Of a stretch of 64,000 nucleotides of DNA, positions 38,845 to 48,508 are shown piece after piece (the stretch's first letter is position 1; every line of letters begins with the position of its first letter). The stretch is taken from contig HF990868.1 of assembly GCA_000432855.1 (NCBI GenBank), forward strand, positions 84,534 through 148,533, given 5' to 3'. The notes beneath the pieces are model-generated. The model was given only the letters and a program-made list of their open reading frames with translations, ran no database searches and was not told the origin of the DNA. The stretch comes from Firmicutes bacterium CAG:822 (GTDB taxonomy: Bacteria > Bacillota_I > Bacilli_A > RF39 > UBA660). Position numbers and translations under genes: made by a program.

Positions 38845-39790
38845 CTAAATAATAAGCATAATATTCATCGTATGTCAAACCACTATCATAAACTTTTTTA
38901 GCTAAATCTTTACCGACATAACGATAGTGCCAAGCCTCGTAATTGTAACCTGTAATTTCTTCTTTACCTTCAGGATATCTTAAAATAAATCCATATTTAT
39001 AACAATTTTCGCTAAGCCATTTAAAAGTTTCGGTATCGGCAAAATTACTCATATTAGCCCCCGGAGAAAAGACGTCTAGAGAAAGCCCAGTCTGATGTTC
39101 TGAAAAATCAGGCCTAGCCGCATAAGTGTCCGCATACTCTTTTCCACGGCTATCTTCATAATCTTCATAAATTTCTTTTTGCTCATCAGAAGTCCTATAA
39201 GAAGAGTTAACAATTAAAGTATATCCATCTTCTTGCGCTGCCGCACTCATTTCTTTAAATGCATCATATACTTCTTGTCTAATACTATTATTAGGATAAG
39301 CATACCAATTACTCATCTCTACTATATCATCAGGCGCATAATTTTCTGGCAAATAAGTATATTTATTTACTAATATCGCATATCCTTTATCCATGTCTGT
39401 TTCTTTAGTATTCGTATAAGGATCATTATTCGCACCAACATTAACTAAAGACACAACTCGACTATAGTCAACTTTAGTATTTCCATATTCGTCATCTATA
39501 TATTTAATATATTTATCATAGTTTTTCCAAAGGAAATACTTTTCTTGAAGAAGAGGAATAAAGTCATCCTCATAGTCGTGTTCTATCGCATAAGTAATAT
39601 ATTTTTCATCAAACTTTAAAATTTCAGAAATTTCATCTTCATTATATCCGGCTTGCCCAAGCCTATATTCGTCACTTGTATAGTGTTTATATAAATTTAT
39701 GCCAACTATCACCAAAATAATCACTAAAATAATTACTATAAGTACAATAATTGGTCCCTTTTTAATTCTACGTTTTTTTGTATAATACAT
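38837..39790 (-). CDS. membrane-anchored D,D-carboxypeptidase, VanY/M15B family (paralog B)
   Basis: AARPDFSEHQTGLSLDV, YEAWHYRYVG; tandem with paralog A, overlapping by 8 nt. Confidence 0.75.
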   Translation of the reverse strand: MYYTKKRRIKKGPIIVLIVIILVIILVIVGINLYKHYTSDEYRLGQAGYNEDEISEILKFDEKYITYAIEHDYEDDFIPLLQEKYFLWKNYDKYIKYIDDEYGNTKVDYSRVVSLVNVGANNDPYTNTKETDMDKGYAILVNKYTYLPENYAPDDIVEMSNWYAYPNNSIRQEVYDAFKEMSAAAQEDGYTLIVNSSYRTSDEQKEIYEDYEDSRGKEYADTYAARPDFSEHQTGLSLDVFSPGANMSNFADTETFKWLSENCYKYGFILRYPEGKEEITGYNYEAWHYRYVGKDLAKKVYDSGLTYDEYYAYYLDD

Positions 39791-39852
39791 ACCATCACCA
39801 TCTTCATTATATCATCTTTCTATAATTAATACTATTAAGAAAATCTTAAATT

Positions 39853-39905
39853 TCTTATTTACACCTTGTCAAAATATGAGAGTCTTTGGAGAATGTAACT
39901 TATTA
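39853..39905. repeat. ~50-bp conserved intergenic motif, copy 1 (TTTACAC..CAAAATATGAGAGTCTTTGGAGAATGT..)
   Basis: Near-identical to 47957-48010; lies ~170 bp upstream of ruvX. Confidence 0.6.
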
Positions 39906-40076
39906 ATATATCTAATGGTAATATTTAGGTAAGATAAGATAGTAAAATAAAAAAACAACAAACTTAAAACTGTAAATTTACAAATTATTTACACCAACTT
40001 AAATTTCCATAATTGGCTATACAAAAATTAAAATAAATGGTATAATTTTAATGTACATAAATAGAGGGTGGTTAAC

Positions 40077-40493
40077 TTGAAATATTTAGGTCTAGATTTA
40101 GGAACCAGAACACTTGGCGTTTCTATATCGGATATGACAAAAACAATTGCAACCGCTTATGGAACTATTCATTTTGAAGATAGTAATTATGATGAAGCCA
40201 TAAGTAAGCTATCATCTATTGTGCAAAAAGAACCTATTGAAAAAATCGTTCTAGGTTTCCCTAAAAACATGAACGGCACAGTAGGTCCCAGGGCTTTAGT
40301 AACCTTAGATTTCAAAAAAAAGTTGGAAGATACCTTTAATATTCCTGTAGAGATGCAAGATGAAAGGTTGTCAACTAAAGAAGCCAGTGGTTATATGATT
40401 GCGGCTGATATGTCTAGAAAAAAGAGAAAACAAAAAATAGACAGCCTTGCAGCCAATATCATTTTACAAACATATTTAGATAGAAAGGACTGA
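40077..40493 (+). CDS. ruvX: Holliday-junction resolvase-like pre-16S rRNA nuclease RuvX/YqgF
   Basis: (M)KYLGLDLGTRTLGVSISD typical N-terminus. TTG 40077 preferred over GTG 40068 (RBS GAGGGTGG 7 nt upstream). Confidence 0.82.
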   Translation: MKYLGLDLGTRTLGVSISDMTKTIATAYGTIHFEDSNYDEAISKLSSIVQKEPIEKIVLGFPKNMNGTVGPRALVTLDFKKKLEDTFNIPVEMQDERLSTKEASGYMIAADMSRKKRKQKIDSLAANIILQTYLDRKD

Positions 40494-40498
40494 AAAAT

Positions 40499-40837
40499 AT
40501 GCAAGACGCTAATGAAACTGTAAAATTCAAAGCAATTGACGATGAAGGAAGACAATTAGATTGTGAGGCATTATTCTTATTCGAATCTCCAGAAACAAAG
40601 AAAAATTATATTGTTTATACTGACCATTCAATCGACAATGAAGGAAACACTAAAGTATATGCTTCAATTTATGATCCAAAAGATTTAAAATCTGATGAGA
40701 ATAACGAGTTTGCAGCTTTACCTTTAAAACCAATTGAAACCGAGAAGGAATGGAAAATAATTGAAACTATCTTAAACGAAATGCAATCACAAATTGAATC
40801 TGCTAGCAATAACGCTGACCAAACTTCTCAAAACTGA
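40499..40837 (+). CDS. DUF1292 (YrzB-like) protein
   Basis: Small acidic protein conserved between ruvX and mltG in Bacilli. Confidence 0.7.
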   Translation: MQDANETVKFKAIDDEGRQLDCEALFLFESPETKKNYIVYTDHSIDNEGNTKVYASIYDPKDLKSDENNEFAALPLKPIETEKEWKIIETILNEMQSQIESASNNADQTSQN

Positions 40838-40850
40838 GTAGGTTTTTACC

Positions 40851-41930
40851 TTGAAAAAAGTTCGTAAATTTAAAGTAGGTAAATTCTTACTCTTTTTATT
40901 GCTTCTCATCATTATTTTAGTTTTAATTGCTCTTGGTATATATAAATATGAAACAAGCGCTGTTAGTTCTAATACTGATTCTAAGATTATTACCGTTGAT
41001 GAAGGCGATAATTACATTTCCATTGCTAGTAAACTAAAAGAACAAAACTTAATTCGTTCGGAAACATTTTATAGATTATACTTAAGATTTGCTAATCCTG
41101 GTACTTTAATGAGTGGTGATTATGAACTAAACGAAGCTATGAGTGTTCCAGAAATTATCAAAGTTTTAAGTGACGAAAATAGTAGAGATAGTACAGTCAA
41201 AATAACATTTAGAGAAGGTTTAAATATTACTCAAATTGCAAAAATTGTCGAAGAAAAGACAGATATTACAGCTGAAGAATTCATAAACAAACTTGCCGAC
41301 ACATCATATTTACAAAGCTTGCAACAAGATTATTGGTTTTTAACCGATGAAATTTATAATAGTGAAATATATTATCCTTTAGAAGGGTATTTATATCCAG
41401 ATACTTACCATTTTGAAAAAAGTGAGTTAAACATCGATGATATTGTCAGAAAGATCCTAGATAACACAGAAGCTAAATTGGAGCCTTATAAAGAACAGTT
41501 ACAAAGTGGTACTTATACAACCCATCAAATTTTAACCTTAGCTTCTATTGTCGAACTAGAAGCTGTATCTGATTCTGATAGAGCTACGGTTGCTGGCGTT
41601 TTATATAATCGTTTAAATGATAATTGGTCATTAGGCTGTGATGCTACTACTTACTATGCTGCTAAAAAGTCAATGACCGAAAGCTTAACCCAAAGTGATT
41701 TAACTGCTTGTAATGGCTATAATACTAGATGTACATCTATGACCGGATTACCTGTAGGTCCGATTGATAATCCAAGTATTAGTTCAATTGAAGCCGCTTT
41801 AAATCCTACTGAGAGTGATTATTATTACTTTGTTGCTGATACTGACAAAAAAGTTTATTTTACAAAAAATGCGACTGAACACGATAGAATAATTGCAAAG
41901 TTAAGAGATGAAGGTAAATGGGCAGCATAA
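40851..41930 (+). CDS. mltG: endolytic murein transglycosylase MltG (YceG/YrrL)
   Basis: TM anchor + YceG-like domain (..YLYPDTYHF.., ..TGLPVGPIDNP..); TTG start. Confidence 0.82.
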   Translation: MKKVRKFKVGKFLLFLLLLIIILVLIALGIYKYETSAVSSNTDSKIITVDEGDNYISIASKLKEQNLIRSETFYRLYLRFANPGTLMSGDYELNEAMSVPEIIKVLSDENSRDSTVKITFREGLNITQIAKIVEEKTDITAEEFINKLADTSYLQSLQQDYWFLTDEIYNSEIYYPLEGYLYPDTYHFEKSELNIDDIVRKILDNTEAKLEPYKEQLQSGTYTTHQILTLASIVELEAVSDSDRATVAGVLYNRLNDNWSLGCDATTYYAAKKSMTESLTQSDLTACNGYNTRCTSMTGLPVGPIDNPSISSIEAALNPTESDYYYFVADTDKKVYFTKNATEHDRIIAKLRDEGKWAA

Positions 41931-42505
41931 CAAACTTAGAAATATATGCCAAAGAAAACAATGTTCCAATCATTCAAAAAGAAGGTTTAAACTTTCTTAT
42001 AGAATACATCAAACAAAATAATGTTAAAACTATTTTAGAAATAGGAACTGCCATCGGATATTCATCAATCAATATGGCATTAGTTTCTGATGATATTCAA
42101 ATTACAACAATTGAAAGAAACGAAAAGATGTATAAACAAGCTATTAAAAACATCAAAGATTTTAATTTAGAAAATAGAATTAACGTTATATATGGAGATG
42201 CCTTAGATACGGTTGTTCAAGGTAAATATGATTTGATATTCATTGATGCTGCTAAAGCACAGTACATTAAATTCTTTGAAAAATATAAACAAAACTTACA
42301 AATGAGCGGCACAATAATTACTGACAACTTAAATTTTCATGGTTTTGCACTCCATCCAGAAGAAATCCACAGCAAAAATCTTAAAGCCTTAGTCCAAAAA
42401 ATAAATAATTATAAAGATTTTCTAATTAACAATAAAGAATTCCAAACTGTTTTTTACGAAATCGGTGATGGGATTGCTGTCAGTAAGTATAATAAAATGG
42501 ATTAA
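41918..42505 (+). CDS. SAM-dependent O-methyltransferase, YrrM/TrmR-like
   Basis: Class I MTase motifs (ILEIGTAIGYS, DLIFIDA); synteny with the yrrM position. Confidence 0.7.
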   Translation: MGSITNLEIYAKENNVPIIQKEGLNFLIEYIKQNNVKTILEIGTAIGYSSINMALVSDDIQITTIERNEKMYKQAIKNIKDFNLENRINVIYGDALDTVVQGKYDLIFIDAAKAQYIKFFEKYKQNLQMSGTIITDNLNFHGFALHPEEIHSKNLKALVQKINNYKDFLINNKEFQTVFYEIGDGIAVSKYNKMD

Positions 42506-42574
42506 TTTCCATTTTTTTGTGTAAAAATTAAACACTTATGATATAATTGTAATAGTAGAAAAGGGGTATGTTAT

Positions 42575-43303
42575 ATGACTGAGAGTGTTGATATTAAGAA
42601 AATTAAAGCTAAAGCACGTAAAAGTTTAACTGGAAAATATTTTGATGTAGTTGTTGCTATTTTGATCTATGGACTTTTATGTTTTATGAGTGTGGCTACT
42701 GCTAAATTTATTAAAGAACCACCAATGATGATTTTTTTAAATTTAATCATTACTAGTTTATTTTACATGGGTTTATTACAAATAATGATAAAAATAGCCC
42801 GTAATAAAAAACCTTCATTTAATGAATTATTTCAAAGAACTGATGCCTTTTTCCGATGTGCAGCTATAACCATTGTATTTTTAGCTATCAATGTCATTTG
42901 CGCATTATTAGAATATACAGCGTTTAATTCATTAATTGTCTTTATTTCTTACCAAACTGATTTAAATATTGCATTATCTTCATTTATGATTGTAATTGGA
43001 ATTATATTAAGTGCGGCTATCATCGTATTTTGGGTTGTACTAATGTTATGTTTATCTCAAAGCTATTTCATTTTATATGATAATGAAGATATGCCATTAG
43101 GAGATATTTTTAGATTAAGTATGGACATGATGGATGGACATAAAACAGATTATATTATATTATGTTTAAGCTTTGTTGGTTGGGTTTTCCTAGGAATATT
43201 TACCCTTGGAATTCTATATTTGTGGTTAATTCCTTATGTTTTTGTTAGTATGGCCAACTTCTATGATAAGATAAAAAAAGATGTTAAAATACTAGATGCT
43301 TAA
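42575..43303 (+). CDS. DUF975-like polytopic membrane protein
   Basis: 242 aa, 5-6 TM helices. Confidence 0.5.
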   Translation: MTESVDIKKIKAKARKSLTGKYFDVVVAILIYGLLCFMSVATAKFIKEPPMMIFLNLIITSLFYMGLLQIMIKIARNKKPSFNELFQRTDAFFRCAAITIVFLAINVICALLEYTAFNSLIVFISYQTDLNIALSSFMIVIGIILSAAIIVFWVVLMLCLSQSYFILYDNEDMPLGDIFRLSMDMMDGHKTDYIILCLSFVGWVFLGIFTLGILYLWLIPYVFVSMANFYDKIKKDVKILDA

Positions 43304-43326
43304 AAGTCATAAATATGACTTTTTTC
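43304..43326 (+). terminator. rho-independent terminator (AAGTCAT-aaat-ATGACTT + T5)
   Basis: Perfect 7-bp stem directly after the stop. Confidence 0.6.
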
Positions 43327-43395
43327 ATTTGGCTCAATATAAGTGGAAAAATATTTCTTTTTCTGATATAATCTTTTATTGACTGGAGGCGTAAT

Positions 43396-44199
43396 ATGAG
43401 TAAAGTTGCCGCGATAATTAATAGTTTAGATGAGGCTAGCAATATAAAAGACTATATTGACGCCTATCTTGTACCTTTAAAAGATTTAAGTATCAATTAT
43501 ATTAATACTTTTTCTTTGGAAGATATCGAAAAAATAAAGCAATTTGATAAAGAAATTTTTGTTGTTATAAACAAAAACATTCATAATAATGAATTATCCT
43601 TATTAGAACAATCTTTAAAAGAAGTAGATAAATTAAACATAAATGGTATTATTTTTTACGATATTGCCTTAGTAAATATAAAAAATAAACTGGGTTTACA
43701 AACCCCGTTAGTTTGGAATCAGGAACACCTCTCAACCAACTATGGAACTGTGAATTATTGGTATAAAAAAAGTGTGGAATATGCCTATCTTTCATCGGAA
43801 CTTACCAAAAGAGAAATAGATGAAATTCAAAAAAATACAAAATCCAAATTATTTGTGAATGTATTTGGCTATATTCCTATGTTTACCTCTAGAAGACATC
43901 TAATTCAAAACTATTTAGATATCTTTAATTTAAAAAGTAAAAATAAAAACACCATTAGAAAAGAAGGTAAAAGTTATCCAATAAATGATACTAATTTAGG
44001 AACTACAGTTTACTCTAATTATATTCTAAATGCTGTGGATATTGATTTTAGTAATATTGATTATTTAGTTTTTAACAGTAATCTTATAGATGAAACTGAT
44101 TTTCAAAATGTTTTAAAAGATTACCAAAAGCATAAAGAAAATAAATTTCCAAAAGAAACAGGATTTCTTTATAAAGAAACAATATATAAGGTGAAGTAA
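43396..44199 (+). CDS. peptidase U32 family protein (YrrN-like)
   Basis: U32 fold signature region. Paired with the following U32 gene as in B. subtilis yrrN-yrrO (a family implicated in tRNA U34 hydroxylation). Confidence 0.6.
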   Translation: MSKVAAIINSLDEASNIKDYIDAYLVPLKDLSINYINTFSLEDIEKIKQFDKEIFVVINKNIHNNELSLLEQSLKEVDKLNINGIIFYDIALVNIKNKLGLQTPLVWNQEHLSTNYGTVNYWYKKSVEYAYLSSELTKREIDEIQKNTKSKLFVNVFGYIPMFTSRRHLIQNYLDIFNLKSKNKNTIRKEGKSYPINDTNLGTTVYSNYILNAVDIDFSNIDYLVFNSNLIDETDFQNVLKDYQKHKENKFPKETGFLYKETIYKVK

Positions 44200-44200
44200 A

Positions 44201-45382
44201 ATGAAAAAACCAGAGTTATTAGCCCCAGCCGGCGATTTAGAAAGATTAAAAATAGCTTTGTTATATGGTGCGGATGCCGTTTATATCGGTGGTGCTTTTA
44301 ATTTAAGAGCTAATGCCGATAACTTTAAATTAGATGAAATTAAAGAAGGTGTCGAATATGCACATAAATTAAATAAAAAGGTTTATGTCACCGTTAATAT
44401 TGCTATGCATAATAAAGAATTAGAGAAAGTTAAAGACTATTTAATTAATCTAGATAAAATAGGTGTCGATGCCATTATTGTCAGTGATCCAGCAATTATT
44501 GAATTAGCAAAACAAACAAATCTAGAAATTCACTTATCAACCCAAGCTTCTACTTTAAACAAAGAAGCCATAGAATTTTGGAAAAATGAAGGTGTAACGC
44601 GAATTGTTTTAGCTAGAGAATGTACTAAAGAAGATATTATTGATATCAAAAAAAGTATCGATATTGAATTAGAAGTTTTCATACATGGTGCCATGTGTGC
44701 CTCTTATAGTGGAAGATGTGTTTTATCAAACTTTTTAACAAACAGAGACTCCAATAGAGGTGGATGTAGTCAAATCTGTCGGTGGGATTTTGATTTATAT
44801 GATGACAACCATCATCTACAAGGTGAAAAGCCATTTACTTTTTGTACCAAAGATTTATCTATGGCTAAACACATTCCGGAGTTAATTGATATAAATGTCG
44901 ACAGTTTAAAAATTGAAGGACGTATGCGTTCAATATACTATATTGCAACTGTTGTCAAAGTATATAGAACGTTAATTGATGATTATTGTCACAATCCCAA
45001 AAAATATGAATATAATTTAAAGTATGAGGGAACATTAAGAAGGGTAGCTAACCGCGATTCAATTACTCAATTTTTCGATGGCAATTTTGGAAAAGATGTT
45101 CAGTACTATAATGGTAGACAAGAAATCACCAATCAAGACTTTTTAGGCCTAGTACTAGAGTATGATGAAAAAACAAATTTAGCTAAATTGCAGCAAAGAA
45201 ATTACTTTAAAAAAGATGATAAAGTGGAAATATTTGGACCTGATAAGGACTTTGAATTTACCATCGAAGACATATATGACGAAGATAAAAATCCTATCGA
45301 TATTGTCCGTCATCCCAAACAAATAGTTTACCTAAAAGTACCTAAAAAAGTAAGTGTAAATGACATGATGAAAATATGTTGA
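44201..45382 (+). CDS. peptidase U32 family protein (YrrO/TrhP-like)
   Basis: ELEVFIHGAMCASYSGRCVLSNF..GGCSQICR U32 consensus (E-x-F-x-H-G-x-C-x-SGRC). Confidence 0.8.
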   Translation: MKKPELLAPAGDLERLKIALLYGADAVYIGGAFNLRANADNFKLDEIKEGVEYAHKLNKKVYVTVNIAMHNKELEKVKDYLINLDKIGVDAIIVSDPAIIELAKQTNLEIHLSTQASTLNKEAIEFWKNEGVTRIVLARECTKEDIIDIKKSIDIELEVFIHGAMCASYSGRCVLSNFLTNRDSNRGGCSQICRWDFDLYDDNHHLQGEKPFTFCTKDLSMAKHIPELIDINVDSLKIEGRMRSIYYIATVVKVYRTLIDDYCHNPKKYEYNLKYEGTLRRVANRDSITQFFDGNFGKDVQYYNGRQEITNQDFLGLVLEYDEKTNLAKLQQRNYFKKDDKVEIFGPDKDFEFTIEDIYDEDKNPIDIVRHPKQIVYLKVPKKVSVNDMMKIC

Positions 45383-45442
45383 CAAAGCATAAAATATGTA
45401 GTAATATTTTATGGAGTAAATAGAAAACTGAGGTGAAAAACA

Positions 45443-45913
45443 ATGACAAATACAGATGAAGTTTACGTAACTGAACAAGGTTTAGAAGATATGAAAAAAG
45501 AATTAGAATATCTTAAAATGGAAAAAAGACCGGCAGTTATTGAAGCTTTAAAAGAAGCTAGAGCCTTAGGCGATCTAAGTGAGAATGCCGAATACGATGC
45601 TGCTAGAAATGAACAATCAGAAACTGAAAATCGTATAGCAATCCTTGAAAAACAAATTGAAAAAGCAATCGTTATTAAAAACGTTAAAACCGATAAAGTT
45701 TCAGTTGGTAACACTGTTGAATTAGAATATGTTGGCGACGACGACACCGATACTTATACTATCGTTGGTGTTAAAGAAGCAGATCCATTTGCTAACAAAA
45801 TCTCTAATGAATCACCAATTGCTAAAGCAATAATGGGTGCTAAAGTTGGGGATGTCGCTACTGTTGCTAGTCCAAACGGTGAATATCAAGTTAAAATTGT
45901 AGCTATAAGTTAA
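45443..45913 (+). CDS. greA: transcription elongation factor GreA
   Basis: Coiled-coil N-terminal domain, LGDLSENAEYDAAR, and a C-terminal FKBP-like domain. Confidence 0.92.
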   Translation: MTNTDEVYVTEQGLEDMKKELEYLKMEKRPAVIEALKEARALGDLSENAEYDAARNEQSETENRIAILEKQIEKAIVIKNVKTDKVSVGNTVELEYVGDDDTDTYTIVGVKEADPFANKISNESPIAKAIMGAKVGDVATVASPNGEYQVKIVAIS

Positions 45914-45936
45914 GGACATTTATGTCCTTTTTAATT
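45912..45936 (+). terminator. rho-independent terminator of greA
   Basis: AAGGACAT-t-ATGTCCTT followed by a T run. Confidence 0.65.
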
Positions 45937-46056
45937 TACGCAAAATAAAAAAAGCAAATTGTTAAAATTTGCTTGTGTAACGAATAGTTATATTATATAA
46001 TGTATATAGGGAATACATTAACAGTTGGGTGCTTGCCTCCGAAAGGAGGTGATGAA

Positions 46057-46131
46057 ATGACTAAAAAAGATTTTTTAATCTCCGCTTTAATCATTATCAT
46101 CCTTCTACTTATAATTTTATTATTTCAATAA
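46057..46131 (+). CDS. 24-aa hydrophobic peptide MTKKDFLISALIIIILLLIILLFQ (candidate small membrane protein / type I toxin-like)
   Basis: Strong SD GGAGGTG 7 nt before the ATG. The SD is paired in the hairpin CCTCC-gaaa-GGAGG (46036-46049). A single TM helix. Confidence 0.35.
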   Translation: MTKKDFLISALIIIILLLIILLFQ

Positions 46132-46391
46132 TGAATTATAAAAAGAAAAAGCACTCAATTTACTTTCATCAGTAGATTAAGTGCTAACCCAATTATTGGG
46201 CAAGTACTCAACTTTGGCTTGTTAAGTATTCCCTTTTTTATTTTATGAGATTTCTCTCATCTATATACATCATAACACAAAATTAACTTTTTTTCAATAA
46301 TGCAAAAAACACAAAAATTATTTTTCTTGACTTCTCACTATATTACCTTTACAATAGAATTAGGGAGAAAGTTCCCGTATGGAGGTAAAAT

Positions 46392-47945
46392 ATGAACAAT
46401 ATTGTTTTCTCCATATTGCTGATCTTAATTGGTCTTTTTGTTGGTATTATCTTTATGATAATTTTAAATTCTATTAAATTAATGAACGCTTCCAAAAAAG
46501 TACAAAGTCTACTTGATAATGCGAAAAAGGAAGCTGATAAATTAAAACGCGATAGCATTTTAGAAGCTAAAGAAGAAAATCATAGATTAAAAGTTGAATT
46601 AGATAAAGAAACAAAAGAAAAGAAACAAGAAATTAAAGACTCCGAAGAACGTCTTTTAGCACGTGAAGAGAGTATGGATCGTCGTGACCAAACTCTTCAA
46701 AATAGAGAACAAATGCTAGAAGACAAAGAAAACAATTTGATACTTAAGCAAAAAGAAATTCAAGAAAAGCAATTGGAGTTAGAAGAAACAAAAGAAGAAC
46801 AATTAAAATTACTTGAAAAAATAGCTGGCTATACTAAAAAACAAGCTAGAGAATTAATTATGAAAAAAGTCGAAGATATGATGAATTTAGAAATCACTTC
46901 ATATATTAAAGACCGTGAAGCCGAAGCCAAATTGCAAGCCGATAAAAGTTCTAAAGAAATGTTAGTTAGTACTATGCAAAGGTATGCTGCTGATATTGCT
47001 GGCGAGCAAACCGTTACTGTTGTGACATTGCCAAACGATGAAATGAAAGGGCGTATTATCGGAAGGGAAGGAAGAAACATCAGAACCATTGAAGCTGTTA
47101 CTGGCGTTGATTTAATTATCGATGATACCCCAGAAGCTTTAGTCTTATCTAGCTTTGATCCTTACCGAAGAGAAATAGCTAGACTCACTCTAGAAACATT
47201 AATTAAAGATGGAAGAATTCATCCTAGCCGTATTGAAGAAGTTTATGATAAAACAGTCAAAGAAATGAAAGCCGAGTTAATTGAAATAGGTAATAATGCC
47301 TTATTTGAATTAGGTATAACAAAAATGGAACCAGAACTAGTTGAAACGATTGGTAAACTACAGTTTAGAACAAGTTATGGACAAAATGCCTTAAAACATT
47401 CACTAGAAGTAGCTAATTTAGCTGGACTTTTAGCCGGTGAATTAGGAGAAAATATTACTTTGGCTAAAAGAGCCGGACTTTTACACGATATTGGTAAAGC
47501 CATTGACCACGAAGTTGAAGGTAGCCATGTTGAATTAGGGGCTAACTTAGCTAGAAAATATGGTGAAAATGAAATAGTAATTAATGCTATTGAATCACAT
47601 CATGGTGATGCTGAACCAACGAGTATTATCAGTACCCTCGTTGCCATTGCAGATACTATTTCAGCTTCAAGACCAGGAGCTAGAAACGACTCATTAGAAA
47701 ATTACATTAAGAGATTAACTGAACTTGAAGAAATTGGTAATGATGTCGAAGGTGTTGAAAAAGCCTATGCTGTTCAAGCGGGTAGAGAACTTAGAGTTAT
47801 CGTTAAACCAGAAGAAATCGACGACTTAGAAAGTCATAAAGTAGCTCGAGAAATTAAAAACAAAATTGAAGAAAGCTTACAATATCCAGGTACAATTAAA
47901 GTTGTTGTTGTAAGAGAAACTAGAGTAACCGAAGAAGCTAAATAA
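46392..47945 (+). CDS. rny: ribonuclease Y
   Basis: N-terminal TM helix, coiled coil, KH domain and HD domain ([10 protein letters not shown]); 517 aa. Confidence 0.92.
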   Translation: MNNIVFSILLILIGLFVGIIFMIILNSIKLMNASKKVQSLLDNAKKEADKLKRDSILEAKEENHRLKVELDKETKEKKQEIKDSEERLLAREESMDRRDQTLQNREQMLEDKENNLILKQKEIQEKQLELEETKEEQLKLLEKIAGYTKKQARELIMKKVEDMMNLEITSYIKDREAEAKLQADKSSKEMLVSTMQRYAADIAGEQTVTVVTLPNDEMKGRIIGREGRNIRTIEAVTGVDLIIDDTPEALVLSSFDPYRREIARLTLETLIKDGRIHPSRIEEVYDKTVKEMKAELIEIGNNALFELGITKMEPELVETIGKLQFRTSYGQNALKHSLEVANLAGLLAGELGENITLAKRAGLLHDIGKAIDHEVEGSHVELGANLARKYGENEIVINAIESHHGDAEPTSIISTLVAIADTISASRPGARNDSLENYIKRLTELEEIGNDVEGVEKAYAVQAGRELRVIVKPEEIDDLESHKVAREIKNKIEESLQYPGTIKVVVVRETRVTEEAK

Positions 47946-47960
47946 CGGCTTCTTTTTTCT
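47931..47960 (+). terminator. rho-independent terminator of rny
   Basis: GAAGAAGC-loop-GCTTCTT followed by a T tract; overlaps the stop. Confidence 0.6.
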
Positions 47961-48010
47961 TTACACTTTTCGCAAAATATGGGAGTCTTTGGAGAATGTG
48001 GTAATTAAAT
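47957..48010. repeat. ~50-bp conserved intergenic motif, copy 2 (TTTACAC..CAAAATATGGGAGTCTTTGGAGAATGT..)
   Basis: See 39853-39905. Confidence 0.6.
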
Positions 48011-48124
48011 AAACAAAATAAACTATAAAATAATCTTATTAAGATACAGTAACAGTTAATAATATAAACAAAAAGCTTTAGCTTTACATATTGTAAAAAT
48101 ATAGAAATCTTTGAAGAATAATAC

Positions 48125-48508
48125 CTAAATTGTAGGGTTTTCCTCTGATGTAATATTACTTCTAGATTTTACCCCTACATAAAGGACAATCGCAGCTGCA
48201 ATAAAATTAAATAAACTCGCATCTATTTGTAAATTGGCAAATTCATCTTCAGAGTTGTATTTTTCTTTGACATTTTTATCGCGAATATTAATATAAATAA
48301 AAAGCGCTGCAACGATAAACATAATAGTTCTGTTAAAAATTAAAATATCAAGACTTTCTTTCTCACTATATATTGGTGGCTTTTTTTCAAGTTTTAGCAA
48401 AAAGTCATAAGATAGAGTAATTGATATAATCGTGGTAAAAAGCAAGACAAAAGATAAAAGTATTTGTAGTTTTATAAGTTCCGATTCTTCTAAATCGTAA
48501 TTTGTCAT
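48125..48508 (-). CDS. small membrane protein
   Basis: 127 aa with 3 TM helices; its stop overlaps the upstream deacetylase gene by 4 nt. Confidence 0.45.
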   Translation of the reverse strand: MTNYDLEESELIKLQILLSFVLLFTTIISITLSYDFLLKLEKKPPIYSEKESLDILIFNRTIMFIVAALFIYINIRDKNVKEKYNSEDEFANLQIDASLFNFIAAAIVLYVGVKSRSNITSEENPTI

